A stretch of 64,000 bases of DNA, taken from NCBI RefSeq assembly GCF_009914755.1, contig NC_060931.1; one strand, written 5' to 3'. Shown here piece by piece: positions 17,762-41,393 of the stretch (its first letter is position 1; each line of letters opens with the position of its first letter). The translations under genes and the position numbers were made by a program. This DNA is from the human T2T-CHM13v2.0 reference genome, Homo sapiens. The notes beneath the pieces are model-generated. The model was given only the letters and a program-made list of their open reading frames with translations. It ran no database searches and was not told the origin of the DNA.

Positions 17762-18207
17762 CCTCTTCCCTTTATGGCAGCCGTCTGAGGGACAGCAGAA
17801 GCGTCCTTCTGGGGTCACTCAGACCACGCAGCTCCTGGAGCCTCGGATCGGCTACTTCAGACACAGACGTCTCCGAGTCGTCAATGCCGATTTGGACTTC
17901 CCCTGGGGAAGTAAACTTGGGTCTCCTGGTGACCCGGACTGGCCTTCCCTTGAGGAAGGAAACTCTCCCTGGGTGTGCACACGACTCTCGGCCAGGGAGG
18001 AATGGACAAAAGGAAAAAGGAGGAGTACTCACCCAGCGTCTGCCGAATTGGACTGGAGTAGCTGCAGCAGCTGTGACCTGGCGGCAAGTAACCGGACGAA
18101 ATGGACCGATGGCCGTGGAGGAGAAGCCTGACCTGACTGAGGGAGAGGCCTGATCCGACCAGGAGGGGAGTCTTCCCGAGCCTCTGGGGGGCTTAGGAGG
18201 TGTCCCC

Positions 18208-18225
18208 TCCCGGGTTTCGGCACCA
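18208..18225 (-). promoter_or_regulatory. Primer-binding site, tRNA-Phe
   Basis: TGGTGCCGAAACCCGGGA, 1 nt after the 5' LTR; complementary to the tRNA-Phe 3' end. Confidence 0.93.
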
Positions 18226-18226
18226 A

Positions 18227-18572
18227 TGAAAGGCAATGGAAGGGCACCATGGATCAATAAGGCGGAGAGGCGAGACAAAGAGGGCAAAAATCTTCTTTAT
18301 TGAGCTCTCAGGTGAGGTTCACTGGTCCGCAGTGGGAGGGCCAGGGAAGTCGCACTGTGCCAAAGGTGCAGCGCACTTTTATGGATGCTGGGTGAGGAGT
18401 GGGCGGGGTAGGGGCGGGGTCGGTTGAGTTTCGCGCTTCTGAGTGTGACACGTCCTAGTGGGCATGCGCGTTAGTCGGGGTGGCGGGAACAGGAAAGGTG
18501 AACCTGGAAATGCTGAGTCGGGGTATCTGAGGTGGCGATCGCCATCTTGGAGTCTTCACCAGAGTCCAATCA
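18227..18572 (-). repeat. 5' LTR (promoter)
   Basis: TGATTGG..CTTTCA; YY1-like CAAGATGGCG, GC boxes, CATAAAA, AATAAA; leader donor CTGG|GTGAGT downstream at ~18032. Confidence 0.95.
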
Positions 18573-20461
18573 CAGTTTTAAAGATTTAGATTATTATAAA
18601 CTTAATTTTTTAATTAAAAATTTTAACATAAGACCACTGTGCATTCAATGAAGTATTATTATGCCACTAACTTTTACCTATCCTACCTTACTCAAGGGTG
18701 TAGGTCAAAGATGGTAACAATAGACTATTTGATAACATAATGGACTAACATCTCCAATAATTTATTTTGCCAGTGGCTTCAAACTGCAAATAAATTAATG
18801 AATATCGTTCCCGTTGGTTAAATTTTTTATTTATAATTTAAACTTATTTTTCTCAATTTTTGTGTGTACATAGTATCTGTTTATATTTATGTCATATATG
18901 GCATTTTTTGATACAGTCATATAATTTATGTATTAATCAGATAAGGGCAAATGAAGTTTCCATCAACTCTAGCATTTATCTTTTGGATTACTAACCCATT
19001 CTACACTTTTACTTACTTTAAAATGTACAATTAAATGCTACTGACTACAGGGTCATTTTTATGAGTAAAATAAAAATTATTTACAAGTATAAATAAAACC
19101 CTGAGTCTTAAAATTCTGAGTTCTGCTTAAACATTTAAAAAAAATTGTTATGTATTTTTCTTTGAACATTTGGTCTCTCTCTGCCTGCAAACATACAGAA
19201 TTTTAGTTTTGATTTACATAAAATTAGCTATGCACGTATGTTACTCTAAATAAACCTTAGGTGCAAGAAAATTATAGAGTATATATGAGGATGAGTTTGT
19301 ACCTATTTTCGGAAGAATAGAGCAATATTGTAACAAAACAAATATTTTAATAAGGTGACTTATTAACTGAAACTGAAAACCTCAAAAATGCTGAAAGCAA
19401 ATCTATACTCTGCTTTTTTTTTAAATTTATTACTGTAAAATCTTCTGACTTAGGGTTCAGAATCTCCCCATGAAAAATTTCTGTTTTTCCTTGCCTAGTA
19501 CTCATGCTAGACCTATAATTTTCTTGTCTCTTACGATTTTTTCTTTTATAGTTTATGAGGTATTCATTATGTGAGCTGGTCATGACTAATAACGATTTTT
19601 ATAAAATTTAATGCACACTGAACAATTTTTAGATGTATTTCCAAAATTGTGTATTTTATTAGGACATTTGATTTTTTCTTTTAATTGGAGAATTCTACAT
19701 AAGCCTGTATTTTTTAACTTTTTTTGTTCTCATTATAATTGACATAAGTATATTTATTGAGGCAATTTGTTCAGATAAGAACTCGGGATGCTTCATAAGT
19801 CATGATGTTTTTTAATATATAAATGTGGCGAACAAACATGACAGTGCTTGCTGTGTAGCAGATGCTCCATGATAAGCCATAAATATTCCTGCTAGAGTTA
19901 GTTTGTAAGTTCAAGTCGGAGAGGGAAAATATCAGTAGTGAAGAAATAAGATTGATTCTTCCCGTGGAGATAACAATTGTTTTCATGCTGCGAAGCTAAA
20001 TATTGCTGAACCTAAAGAGAAACTCTGTTTCTTTTATTTCCTAATTATCTTTAGTTTTGTTTGTCTTATTATGTGTCTTCTGTGTATTCATCACAGCCCC
20101 TCTCCCTTTTTTCTATGTGATTGCTACAGTTTTCTCATTGTCTTCATGCCATGTCATTTTACATGGTACTTTGTAGGTTTTGATGAGAAAGTTGGTATTT
20201 TTAATGCACTCAAAAATTGGTTTTAGTTAGAGAGTTTGCTTATCAATATAACTTTCAGATCAGTTAATTAAGATAAAAGGCATACACTGTCCATAGATCA
20301 GAGGATTAAATAACTTAGCATTGTTTTTCTGTTTGTATACGGAAAATCTTATTACATTCTTACACAGAGTGTGACACATTTAATATTTGCTAGAAAATGC
20401 ATCTTAGAAATTAAATTATTAAGAGTTAGTGGTGAGGAATTTTAAATTTAATGTTCTATGA

Positions 20462-20772
<311 letters not shown>

Positions 20773-21169
20773 CTGAATCTTTTATTTTTAAGTGTGAATG
20801 TTAAAGGTTGCAAAATAATAAAATGACCTCTGTGGATTTGAAATTTGGAATAATATTTCTTGTCCATATTGATATTACAACTCAGAGGAATTTCACCCTG
20901 TTATTTTATGTGTCTTTTTAGTGAGTGAAGGTCAGTGTACAGTTTATATTCTTAGTCACCTGTCGTCAACTTCTTGGTCATTTTCTCTGGAAAAATTCTG
21001 GAGATGATGGCAACTTTTAGATTATTTTGTGTTACTTTTTATGCAAACTTGTTCATTGTGTTCCCAGAGTGGCCAGTCATAAGTCTGTAAGCAACACCTG
21101 CCCTTTTAGTGTCTTCCATGTCATCACCATCTGTAATAAATAAGTAAATGTGTATTTATTTTGTAAAAC

Positions 21170-22230
21170 ATAATACTTGGAAGTATATATACATTGTCAA
21201 ATGCTTAATTCTAGGTAGTTACCTCACATAGTTAACATTTTTGTGGCAAGAGCATGTGACATTGTCAGCATTTTTCAAAACTACAAATACATTATTTTGA
21301 TCTATAGTCACTATGCTGTACAAAACAATCTCTTGAACTTATTCTATTAACTATAATTATGTATTTTTTGATCAACATCTTTTCAAACCCTCCTTTCTCC
21401 TAAATAACTTGTGTCTGGTGGCCACCACTTTACTTCAATGAGATTAAGTTTTTTAGAATCCCTTTGTAAGTGAAATCATGAAATAATAATCTTTGTGCCT
21501 GGCTCATTTCGACAAATACAATGTTTTCCTCCAGGTTAATTCGTGTGATTGAAAATAATAAAATTTCCTTCTTTAAATATGAATAGTATTCCATTGTGTG
21601 TATATACCACATTGTCTTTATTTACTCATTAAATGTTGAAACCACTGATTTTATATTTTGGTAATTGTGAAGAGTGTTGTAAAAAACAGGCACATGTTTC
21701 TTCATTCTGATTTCGTTTGTTTTGGATGTATAACCAATAATAAAATTGCTGTATTTGGTGGTTTAATTTTAAATTTTTTTGAGAAATCCTTATTTTGTTT
21801 TTTGTAATGACTGTCCTCATTCACATTCAAACCATCAGTGTGCAAGCATTGCCATTTTTTCACACCTTGACTAACACATTTTTAAAATAGGAGTAATTCT
21901 AACAGAAATAAGTTGATATAGTTTTTTTTGCTTTCCTTTCCCTGATAATAACTGATATAGAGCATTTTTATGTGTCTCTTGACCATATGTATGTCTTGAA
22001 AAATATTTAAGCCTTTCATTCTTTTTAATAGTCTTTTGTCATATAGTCATTTGAGTTTCTTATATATTTTTGATATTAACCCCTTGTCACATGAATGATT
22101 TGCAAATATTTTCTCCATTTTTTAGTTGTCTCATTTTGTTGATTGTATCAGATTCCATGCAGCAGCTTTTTAATTTGAACTAATCTGACTTACCTGTTTC
22201 TCTTTTGATTCCCTGGAATTTTGAGGTTAG
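21170..22230 (-). mobile_element. Old L1M 3' fragment
   Basis: GAATAGTATTCCATTGTGTGTATATACCACAT; minus translation MWYIHTMEYYS (L1 ORF2 C-terminus). Confidence 0.75.
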
Positions 22231-22234
22231 TTTA

Positions 22235-22556
<322 letters not shown>

Positions 22557-23016
22557 TCACTGCAGCCTAGAACTCCTGGGCTTAAGATGTCCTCCCTCTT
22601 CACTCTCCCAACTAGCTGGGACCACAGGCCCAAGCCTGTGTGCCCAACCTGTTGTTATTATTTTTAATGTTTGCTAGTTCCAGGGGTGCACAGAGATTTA
22701 AAGGGCACATTTTCTCAGGGTTTGGGCATAACATGAGCACTGGGAATGGAAAAGGTCCTACAGTGCCCAGAAGAATAGAGTCTGGATGTGGGTCTTACCA
22801 CTCCCTTTCTCAATTTCATTCATTCTTCTTCTTTGAGGAGACAGTGATAGCAAAAGGGAACTTGGGCTTGGGGTTGGAGGGTCTGATTTTAGGTCTGGAG
22901 TCGATCTCTGAAAGGCTATGTGAGATTGGCACTGTCTACAACCTCTCTTCTGCATCCGCAAAATGAGAAAGGTGAGGCTGGATGAGCCCTGAGGTCCCTT
23001 TCACTCTTTTTAATTT

Positions 23017-28905
<5,889 letters not shown>

Positions 28906-29738
28906 CCAGAAAAGGGGTTTTTAAATTTCTCTTTATTTCTACTAATTTAGAAAATTCAAAGCCAAAAATGTTGGGTCAAAAATAAAAAGTAGCATTGGAT
29001 GAGAGGGTGTTGGGCATAATGGTTAAGATTGAAACGCCGTATCAGGTGGTTCCTTGTTTCATTCCAGTTTTGCCATTTATGGACTATATGACATGAATAC
29101 AGTTTCTTGATCTCTCTGTGCTTGACTCTTCAGCTCTTTACTGCCTAAATCATAGGGTTTTGGTAAAATTAAAGCAGTTAATACAAATAAATGTGCCCAA
29201 TAAGTCCCCAGCACATAGCAAGTGTACAGGAAATTTATTCACTCTTATTTATTGATTCTTTTAGATCATGATTAATGTTAAACCTAAAAACAAGGTGGCC
29301 ACATCAGTGGTTTGTAACCCATGTTTCTTCTAGTCAGTCTGGGGGTATAATAGTAGTTGAATGTTTTAAATACTATCCTTTTAAAAATATATATATTAAT
29401 AGCATTTTTCATTCACCAGAGTTCTGTACATTATGGGGTACAATGAGATATTTGAATATATGTATATAGTATGAAATGATTTTGTCGAGTTAAATAACAA
29501 CTTGCTTACCTATCATTTTTTTGTGGTGAGACACTTGAAATTTACTCTTAGTTATTCTGAAATATACAATACATTATTGTTTACTATAGTCACCCTGCTG
29601 TGCAATAGAACTCAAAACCTATTTATCCTGTCTATTTGAAACTTTGTATTTTTTGATCAACCCCTCTCTGTTTCCTTCCCACCACACCCAGCCTCTGGTA
29701 AAGATTATTCCACTTTGTACTTTTTTGAGTTAAACTTT

Positions 29739-31879
29739 ATTCTTTTTTTTATACAACAGCAATTTAAAAAATTAAGTATTTATTTGAATAACAAGTTTAA
29801 GTTTGGGCTGCAATGTTGGCAATGCAGGTTTTTAACACAGATCACAAAAAGCGTGCACAAAAATGTACGAGCGCAAAGGACAAAATAATGCTAAGAATTA
29901 CGCTAAATAGCTGCTGATTTTAAGAAAACAAAAGGCCTGAAATCACTATACAAAATATAAAATGTATTAAACACTACCATCCACAGAACAGTCTTTATTA
30001 TTGATTATATTTAAAAATTATTTGCGTAATTATATATTGAATTGTAAATGAGTATTATACATGAACCTCCATTTGGAAGGCAATTCCTTGTAGCACTATA
30101 AAATACCTAATTACATTGCAAAAAGTATCCTTTTTTTGCTATCGATAAAGAAAACAGTTAATGGTATTACTGTAAATGTCAGGAAGCCTCCAAAAAAAGA
30201 AATAAAATTTCTTTTTTGTCTTCAAAGTGTTTTCCAAGCAGTGAAGCACTTGCCGTGTTGAACTGAATGCACTACTGGAGAATGTTCTGGGTCCAAGATG
30301 CTCTTGAGAGAAGACTAGGCTTTTCAAATCAAACACTCAAAGGAATCATGCAACCCTCTTATGACTGGGATGCCGTCATGTGCCACTGACCAATGCTATC
30401 TCTCCAGAAAACCATTCAAGACTCTTAAAAAATCAGACTTATAATAAATATACATAAAATGAAGACACCAACTGCTCTTTGACATGACTACGATAATGTC
30501 TGTGCTATGTGGAAGCACCTTTAAAAAGAGCCTATTCGGCAAAAGGTAAGTGTCTAAAGATTCAAAATGTATCAACAGTATTGGATAACAATATAATTCT
30601 CAACTCAGAAGCTGCCTCAAGATTAGGTGCATCTTCAGTTAATGTGACAGGAAAAAAAGGCATGGATTTTATTTTATTAATTGTATCCACTTACAAACTG
30701 ACCTAAGGTCACCTGATATGTAGATACAGTGAGATTTTTGTTGCTTATAGTCTTTAATTGAAGCGATGATAAAGGAAATAGATCTATTTAAAAACAAAAC
30801 CAAACAGCTATTTCTGCTTAGATTAAGAGGTGGCCCCGGGTGTGGGATTCACATTTTGAGTGGCCACTTGTGGTGCAATCTCGATGATCAGGGGTTTGTC
30901 TATGATTCTGGCTGTGTGGTTGCCCTTCTCTACAATCCCAATAATCCATGCTTGGTGGTCTTCACCATATTTGGGGGACTTTATCTCTGCACAGAACCGA
31001 GCTGTTTGCTCACATGGTAAACAGATCAGAAGCCCGCCTGTCCTGTTGAGCCTCGCCATGTTCATCATCACCTCCTCGTAGGCCAGCTCTACATCTTCTT
31101 GGGTGACCACTAGTTTAATATTATTCCATTTCTTAGGAATATCCAGCCACTGATGCACAGCCACTGCCCCCTGTGTCCCCAGGGGTTTTGTCAACACCAG
31201 CACATCCCCTGGTACTGCATTGTCTGGCATGATAAATTCACTGGGCTGACAGACAGTGGTAGTGACTCTTCCCAGGACAATCCAGGGGTTTAGTACTGTT
31301 TGGCCGCCCATTACAGACGTTTCTGCCTCCTCAGCTGCGTCTTTAAAACCTTGGATAATCAGAGGCATCACTTTATCCATTTCCCTGTTGGTCATTTTAT
31401 TACTGACTCCAAGGAGCATCAGCATATTGTCACATTCTGTGACCCCCATTGCGTAGAGGTCACTGAGGACATTGGCACATGCTATCCTGCCTGTCACGTA
31501 AGAGTCGTCTACAATTGGGTAAATGTAATCTGTAGTTTGAACCAAGGAAAGCCCACCGTGTCTCAAAGGAATGACAAGTATCCATTCCAATGCCAAGCCT
31601 TGGCATAAAGGCTCCCAGAAACTGCTCATCTTCTTGGAAGTGGTTCTGTAAAGATTCCAGCAATTTTTGCAGGACATCTTGGGGCACTTTGTAGCCTGTG
31701 CCCTTCAGTTCAGTGAATCTGGTTAGCCGGAAGCTTTTGTCCAATTCGTAACTTTCCGGGTTAAAGGACTCCCATGTAGATATGGTTGTTGGGCCCCACT
31801 CTCCTCACAGCTCAGCCCCTCCCTTCCCTCTGCGGGTTGGCTGGGTTCTTTATGGATCCACCGGCTCGCTTTGCGCCCC
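29739..31879 (-). pseudogene. SEPHS1P1: Processed pseudogene of selenophosphate synthetase 1 (SEPHS1), inserted in an old L1M
   Basis: Intronless SEPHS1 peptides; start ATG>ATA (31781-31783); frameshift ~31575; 3' UTR and A-tail remnant; TSD GAGTTAAACTTT at 29727-29738 and 31880-31891. Pseudogene number is from recall. Confidence 0.93.
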
Positions 31880-32676
31880 GAGTTAAACTTTTTTCTATAT
31901 ATATGAGATCATGTAGTATTTGTCTTTCTATGTCAGGATTATTCCATCTAGTATGCTGTCTTCTAAATTTATCTATATTGATTCAAATGATGAAACTTAC
32001 CACCTTTGAAGGCTGAATAGTATTCCATTGTGTATCTATACAACATTTATTTTAAAAAATTAAATATATTGATTGAAAAACTCATGTGTTATAAAAGGGC
32101 ATTCCCGTCTTAAAGCACATACTAGTGTAATTCAGCATATACATATCATATTAATCGTTAATTTGTACTGAGCATTAACCATAATACTTTAATGTGTTAA
32201 TAAATTTAATTCTCACAGTAACTGAATAACATAGGTGTTATTATCCTCAGTTTGCAGAGAAAGAAACACAGCCAATATTAAAACACAGGCAAATGTGTCT
32301 CCAGAGATAACACTCCTTAGTATAACAATAAAAACCATCTTTAATCGTTTGAACCCAGGAGGTGGAGGTTGCAGTGAGCCGAGATCGAGTCACTGCACTC
32401 CAGCCTGGGTAACAGCAAGGCTCTGTCTCAAAAAAACAAAACAAAACAAAAACCTCTTTAACCAGAAAAAAAAAATAATTATTTTCACACTCACTTTTAA
32501 TAAAAATTAACAAAAATTGAATAATTGGTTACATTTTCATTGTTTAATGTTTTTGTGAATGTATAAAATGGTACACAAGGAATAAATAAGCCAGAAAACT
32601 TAATATTTTTAGAGGATTCTACTATACTGTAATAAAATATTGAACTTTAAACACACACACACATACATATGTACTT

Positions 32677-32967
32677 CTTTTTTTTGGAGACAGAGTCTCA
32701 CTTCATTGCTCTGGCTGAAGTGCAGTGACGTGATCTCAGCTCACTGCAACCTCCATCTCCCAGGTTCGACTGATTGTCCTGCCTCAGCCTGCGAAGCAGC
32801 TGAAACTACAGGCACACACTACCACACCTGGCTAACTTTTGTATTTTTAGTAGAGATGAGGTTTCACCAACTTTGCCAGGCTAGTCTTGAACTCCTGACC
32901 TCAAGTGATCGGCCCACCTCGGCCTCCAAAAGTGCTGGGATTATAGGCGTGAGCCATCACACCTAGT
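32677..32967 (-). mobile_element. Alu element (plus a partial sense Alu at 32344-32450)
   Basis: Alu consensus motifs. Confidence 0.88.
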
Positions 32968-35129
32968 CATAATATAAATATTGCTTGAATGCATGAACAT
33001 TTATGTAGATATTTGCTCTTAGATTAACATGACAAAAGTAACAATTAGAAAAAAACATTTGAAATGGGATAAAACTAGTCAAAACCACATCTTTTCAATG
33101 GCTTGGCATAATTGACATGCTTTTTGAAATGGCCAGATTACTGACAAGAAGCAAAGAGAAGATTTAGACTTCGGTCTATCGTTAAGGTTTTTATTTTTGA
33201 AATCTAAAATCCTGGCTAAAGGATTTGAAGAGAGTATTCTTTAGGTGGCTTCCTAGGGTTTTCAAGGCAATACAAATAATTTTCATGGGTAGGAAAATGC
33301 ATACTATATACATACATTGCTTTTCTCTGATTTAACATTAAAAGATTGAAGATTGCAAATCTAATCTCTCAATTTAGAATAAATTAAAGGATTTATTTTT
33401 CAGCCAAGCAAATAATTATATTGAATTAATAGGTAACAAATGTCATTAGCTGACAAAAGATAGTATGACTAGATTCAGTAAGTATGTAGCCATGTAACTA
33501 ACAGTCCATTAAATTAAGGCCCTTATAGGTGCGTGTGGACATCATTTCTGTACAATGTCATGCACCTCCACCCAGCACCTTCATTTGCCTGTTTACAGAG
33601 ATACCAATTTCCCCTGAGTGACTCAGGGTGAATACTAAGAATTGAGAATGCTGTGTTCAGAGGGATTACTAGGAACATATTATAAAGAAATTCTGTAAAT
33701 CTTACTCTGCCTCCCAAAGGCTATTAGTAAACAATTGTTTATTTACAGTGCTCAATTGAATTCATGGAAAATTTCAATATTCCTGGTAAGTCAGAGACGC
33801 TTAAATGTCAACAAAATTTCATAATACATACATGAATGAGATAAAGTCTTCTTAGTTAAGAATTTTATTTTATCAGTAAATTTAGAGAAGAATTAAAAAA
33901 AAACAGTGCTTTGGGCAAAATAACAGTGGCACATCAGTACCACCCAAACAAGTGCTTTTCATCATCATCGTTAAAGTCGCAATAGCACCACATGCTTTCC
34001 TGGGACCAGGTGGCCTGTTTCCCACTGATATAAAGTGGAGACAGCATTGAAATAGCAAAGGAGGGTGATATAAATTGGATACCTATATAAAATACAAATT
34101 TTAATAAAAAGCGTTTGATATTGTAGAACTATAGATGAGACTATTAGTATGAGATCATAATATTTTTACTTCTTTTGACAGAACAACTTCACAATATTCT
34201 TATTTCAAAAAATATTCCTTTTTCTGTGCATATTGCCTAGCTTTTGGTCAAATATTACCTGAGCTCCATAGAAATCAATGAAATGAATCTATATTTTGCC
34301 ACAAGCATTTTATTTCTGATGAATATGCTTGTTTTGCTTAAAATACATTAGCTTTTCATGAAAAATCTACACTTTTCTTTCAGGGTTTTATTTATTGCTG
34401 AGAAGTGTCCTGCCAGAAAACTGCTATTCTCAGCTCTACTTACATTGACTAATAGTGAGTGGAAGTGATGTGTGGATAAAAAGCAAATGTGTCGTTTCTA
34501 CATCTCTTTGTTAATTTATTCACAGAAGAAAGAGGAGGATGCAGATAGAAGATGAAAGAAGACATGATTACTAAAAAATCATGGGGAAGTCTTTTTATCA
34601 AGGAAAAAACCATAAGGGATAATGTGAGAAGAAAATATATTATTTTGCTAAGCCTCTGAAATGTCAGTATACAATCTGCATTGCTTTAACAAATATATTA
34701 TTCCTTCAGTTTTGAGTCTTCAGGATATGATTCAGTTCCCCAGTGAATCAAAACTACAAGGAGAATAACATTTGTTAAGGTAATAGATGTAGGGAAGACC
34801 CATTATGTTTGGCCAAAATCTTTTTCACCCCCTGTCGCAGGCAATCATTATTCTACTCTCTGCTTCTATTAGTTTGAATTTTCTTTTACACTCTGCATAG
34901 AAATGAGATCTTTTTAAAAATTTTTTTCAATGCTGGCTTATTTTACTTAGCATAATGTCCTTCAGGTTCAATAAGCTTTTTGCAAATAACAAGGCTTTCT
35001 TCTTTTTAAGGGCTGAATAGCATTCCATTGTGTAAATATACCACATTTTCTTTATTCATTCAACTGTTGATGAACATTTAGGTTGATTCCATATCTTGGC
35101 TATTGTGGCTTTCTTCTTTCTCTTTCATT

Positions 35130-39097
<3,968 letters not shown>

Positions 39098-39124
39098 CAA
39101 CAAGCCATATTTGAAAAACAGCCA

Positions 39125-40641
39125 GCCTTTCCTCAGGCGTCCCGCATCTGCTGATTCCTCCTTCCTGGTCACTGCGTCCTTGGCTGGCATCAGAAAAGTG
39201 GCTACAAACTTCCTAGTACATGAGAAGATCTGGTTCAACAAGTTAAAATGTGACAATGCAGAAAGGAGATTCTTCAAGCAGATGAACAAGGCTGTGGCCA
39301 GCACCTCCCGCCAGGAGAACGGCGCCAGCATGATCCTCCATGACATTGCGAGAGCCAGAGAGCATTTCCAGAAATCCCTGGCCAGAAGCTCAGGCCCCGG
39401 GGCCTCCAGCAGCCCCAGCGGAGACAAGGCTGAGCTCATCTTTCAGATCACCAGTCTGGAAGTGGAGAACCAGAGCCTGCGCAGGGTTGTGCAGGAGCTG
39501 CAGCAGGCCATCTCCAAGCTGGAGGCCCCACTGAACGTGCTGGAGAAGAGCTTGCCTGGCCACCACAGCCCTGCAGACCCAGCACGAGTCTCCTATGTGC
39601 CAAGTGGAGCCCCTGGCCAAGAAGCCAGCCAAACCAGCAGAGGATGACAAGGACGATGACATTGACCTACAGGGGATAGGCCCCCAAATCTGGCCATAAA
39701 TTGGCCCCAAAACTGGCCATAAACAAAATCTCTGCACTACTGTGACATGTTAGTGATGGGCATGACAGCCATGCTGACAGTTGTGGGTTTACCGGAATGA
39801 GGACAAGAAACACCTGGCCCACCCAGGGTGGGAAATCCACTTAAAGGTGTTCCTGAACTACAAACAATAACATGAGCGACCTGTGCCTTAAGGACATGTT
39901 CCTGCTGCAGATAACTAGCCAGAGCCCATCCCTTTGTTTCAGCCCATCGCTTTGTTTCCTGTTTTAGTTAATCTATGATCTATAGAAACAATGCTTATCA
40001 CTGGCTTGCTGTCAATAAATATGTGGGCAAAACTCTGTTTGAGGTTCACAGCTCCGAAGGCTGTGAGTCCCCTGATTTCCCACTCCACACACTATATTTC
40101 TGTGTGTGTGTCTTTAATTCCTCTAGCGCCACTGGGTTAGGGTCTCCCAAACCAAGCTGGTCTTGGCATTGACCTGTTTGGCAGTGACAATGAGGAGGAG
40201 GACAGGAGGCAGTACTGCTGCGGGAGGAGCGGCTGCGGGAGGAGCGGCTGCGGCAGTACACAGAGAAAAAGGCCAAGAAGCCCATGCTGGTGGCCGAGTC
40301 GTCCATCCTGCTGGACATTAAGCCTTGGGATGATGAGACTAACATGGCCCAGCTGGAGGCCTGTATGTGCTCCATCCAGCTGGACAGGCTGGTCTGGGGG
40401 GGCCTCTAAGCTGGTGCCCGTGGGCTATAGTATCCAGAAGCTGCTGGTTCAGTGTGTAGTGGAGGATGACAAGGTGGGGACAGACTTGCTGGAGGAGGAG
40501 ATCATCAAGTTTGAAGAACACGTGCAGAATGTTGACATTGCAGCTTTCAACAAGATCTGAAGACTGAGTGTGAGTGTGTGTGTGTGTGTGTGCACGCGTG
40601 CATGTGCTTGAGGCCCCGCCATGATTAAAAACTGAGACCGG

Positions 40642-40671
<30 letters not shown>
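39125..40671 (+). pseudogene. EEF1DP4: Processed pseudogene of EEF1D (short isoform), interrupted by a solo LTR
   Basis: [46 protein letters not shown]; start ATG>GTG (39198); frameshifts; ATTAAA + poly-A; TSD AAAAACAGCCA at 39114-39124 and 40672-40682. Pseudogene number is from recall. Confidence 0.92.
39668..40168 (+). mobile_element. MER9 (HERV-K HML-3) solo LTR
   Basis: GGCCCCCAAATCTGGCCATAAA..AATAAA..GCTGGTCTTGGCA; 6-bp TSD TTGACC at 39662-39667 and 40169-40174. Confidence 0.88.
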
Positions 40672-40674
<3 letters not shown>

Positions 40675-40982
40675 AACAGCCAAATGTGAAGTAAACAATT
40701 GAAAATATAATCAGTCTACTTAATATACAACATATGTGTGAAACATTAAATTAGTCTGAAATGATGAGAAGATTAGTGAACTAGAACACTAAGCAGTAAT
40801 TAATTACTGTAAAGACAAAAGGAGAAAAGTTATATTAACAAAATCTAAAATATACATGTATGACAGGGAGCATGAGATGGAGTAAAACAAGTCTGATTAT
40901 TTTTATAGAATATATTTTCAAAATCAAAGTCAGTATTCAGAGTTGGTGACTCATAAGTTTCTAAAATTGAAAAGCAGACATA

Positions 40983-41015
40983 ATTACTTCTCAGCCTTTT
41001 GGCTAAAATCAAGTG
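40983..41015 (+). pseudogene. 3'-truncated U2 snRNA retrocopy (5' 33 nt)
   Basis: ATTACTTCTCAGCCTTTTGGCTAAAATCAAGTG vs U2 ATCGCTTCTCGGCCTTTTGGCTAAGATCAAGTG; imperfect 13-bp TSD. Confidence 0.85.
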
Positions 41016-41393
41016 AAAACCAGATATAAGTGCTTGAATTCAAATGTGCAGTGTTCCAAAAAGAGAAAAATAACAAAATTAATTCCTTAAAATAAAAAAA
41101 TAAATTACTTAAAACGGGCTGCATAACACCAAGGAGAAGAAAAACACTACAAATCTGTGAGAAGAATAAAGATAATTTACAAAAATGAAAGTAAAGTTTT
41201 CAAACCTTGCACAGAGCCAAAAATCAGAGAAATAAATGTTAAAGGAGCTGAGAGAAATTATCATTAAAGTTAGAAATGCATACTTACACTGCAATATTTT
41301 TAACACAAATGGGTAAATTAAAATACTTTCCAAAAAACCCACTGGTTTGGTTTTCAATAGGATTCTCTTAAAAGCATACCTAATAAAAATATT

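Larger units (their letters stand above)
13309..18572 (-). mobile_element. Internally deleted HERV-Fc (Fc2-type, class I/gamma-like) provirus, 5264 bp
   Basis: Two ~345-bp LTRs with TG..CA ends, TSD CAGTT at 13304-13308 and 18573-18577, Phe PBS, gag/pro/IN/env remnants; Env nearly identical to recalled HERV-F(c)2 Env (MNSPCDRLQQFIQVLLEESW...). Confidence 0.92.

Noticed and set aside
18208-18225. tRNA-Phe-like sequence ending CCA on the + strand
   Set aside because: Only 18 nt; it is the proviral PBS, not a tRNA gene
17553-18287. 171-192 aa ORFs in the ERV leader (glyco-Gag or antisense protein?)
   Set aside because: No TM segment or in-frame fusion to gag is evident; GC-rich leader explains the open frames
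30823-31677. 284-aa SEPHS1-like ORF as a functional retrogene
   Set aside because: Native ATG lost, N-terminus frameshifted, internal segment missing, many substitutions
39111-39647. 178-aa EEF1D-like ORF
   Set aside because: TTG start outside the retrocopy, frameshift before the acidic region, GEF domain cut off by the LTR
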